A DNA stretch of 64,000 nt. Origin: Candidatus Micrarchaeia archaeon (lineage in GTDB: Archaea > Micrarchaeota > Micrarchaeia > Norongarragalinales > UBA8480). The stretch's first letter is position 1. Every line of letters starts with the position of its first letter. Made by a program: the position numbers and the translations under genes. The stretch lies in assembly GCA_039794045.1 (NCBI GenBank), contig JBAMLY010000001.1, positions 1,045-65,044 of the forward strand, read 5' to 3'. The notes beneath the pieces are model-generated. The model saw only the letters and a list, made by a program, of their open reading frames with translations. It was not told where the DNA came from and searched no databases. Positions 63,969 to 64,000 of the stretch are shown piece after piece.

Positions 63969-64000
63969 GTGAGAAATAAAACAAACAAAAAGAGCAGTCG

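Noticed and set aside
1-64000. Search for CRISPR arrays, IS elements, integrases or toxin families
   Set aside because: No regularly spaced direct repeats, transposase/integrase-like ORFs or terminal inverted repeats were seen. The window appears to be core chromosome.

Overview
This 64 kb window reads as an archaeal chromosomal segment, dense with informational genes. Evidence: the canonical archaeal exosome/proteasome/RNase P superoperon, Orc1/Cdc6, MCM, topoisomerase VI A/B, aIF1A/aIF2beta/aIF5A, aRF1, Alba, an Sm protein and Shine-Dalgarno-like GGAGG motifs. No CRISPR array, transposase or prophage is recognisable.

Layout, start to end:
- 1-5.5 kb, minus strand: superoperon L15e-Rpp30-Pop5-PsmA-SBDS-Rrp4-Rrp41-Rrp42-L37Ae.
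- 5.6-6.3 kb: a small zinc-ribbon protein and Alba.
- 6.4-11.3 kb: a ThiS/MoaD-like beta-grasp ORF ending in Gly-Gly, translationally coupled to an unusual HypA::hydrogenase-maturation-protease fusion, divergent from a four-subunit group-3b sulfhydrogenase-type [NiFe] hydrogenase operon (beta-gamma-delta-alpha).
- 11.4-15.1 kb: DedA, a His-rich thioredoxin-fold membrane protein, an NcsA/TtuA-type tRNA thiolation ATPase and L10e.
- 15.1-15.8 kb: a lipoprotein gene interrupted by one in-frame TAA.
- 15.9-25.4 kb: PEP synthase, a RelA/SpoT-synthetase + TGS protein (rare in archaea), SerRS, aRF1 and TruD.
- 25.4-36.4 kb: glycosyltransferase and membrane proteins, Nmd3-like, an RHH::nucleotidyltransferase fusion, MarC, a PrmC/Mtq2-like methyltransferase, a DRG-like GTPase and a SPOUT methyltransferase.
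- 36.5-39.2 kb: SepF, Orc1/Cdc6, a DapA-family lyase and tRNA-Asn.
- 40-50 kb: Top6A/B, Dim2-like KH protein, RIO1, aIF1A, aIF2beta, a presenilin/SPP-like protease and MCM.
- 50.3-55.1 kb: aIF5A, Nudix, TatD, a NYN-domain protein, a DUF4388-like + MinD-like pair, Sm and HIT.
- 54.5-55.3 kb: two tRNA genes (Ala-GGC, Val-GAC) that carry apparent non-canonical introns in the D-loop and T-loop.
- 55.4-64 kb: dPGM, ferredoxin, two tandem paralogous membrane proteins, AMMECR1 and a 1097-aa alpha-helical surface protein.

Most noteworthy: the ThiS-like/HypA-protease/hydrogenase neighbourhood, the archaeal RSH-like protein, the two tRNAs with non-canonical insertions, the RHH-nucleotidyltransferase fusion and the interrupted lipoprotein gene.

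All calls are from reading motifs in the supplied translations. No database search was run.
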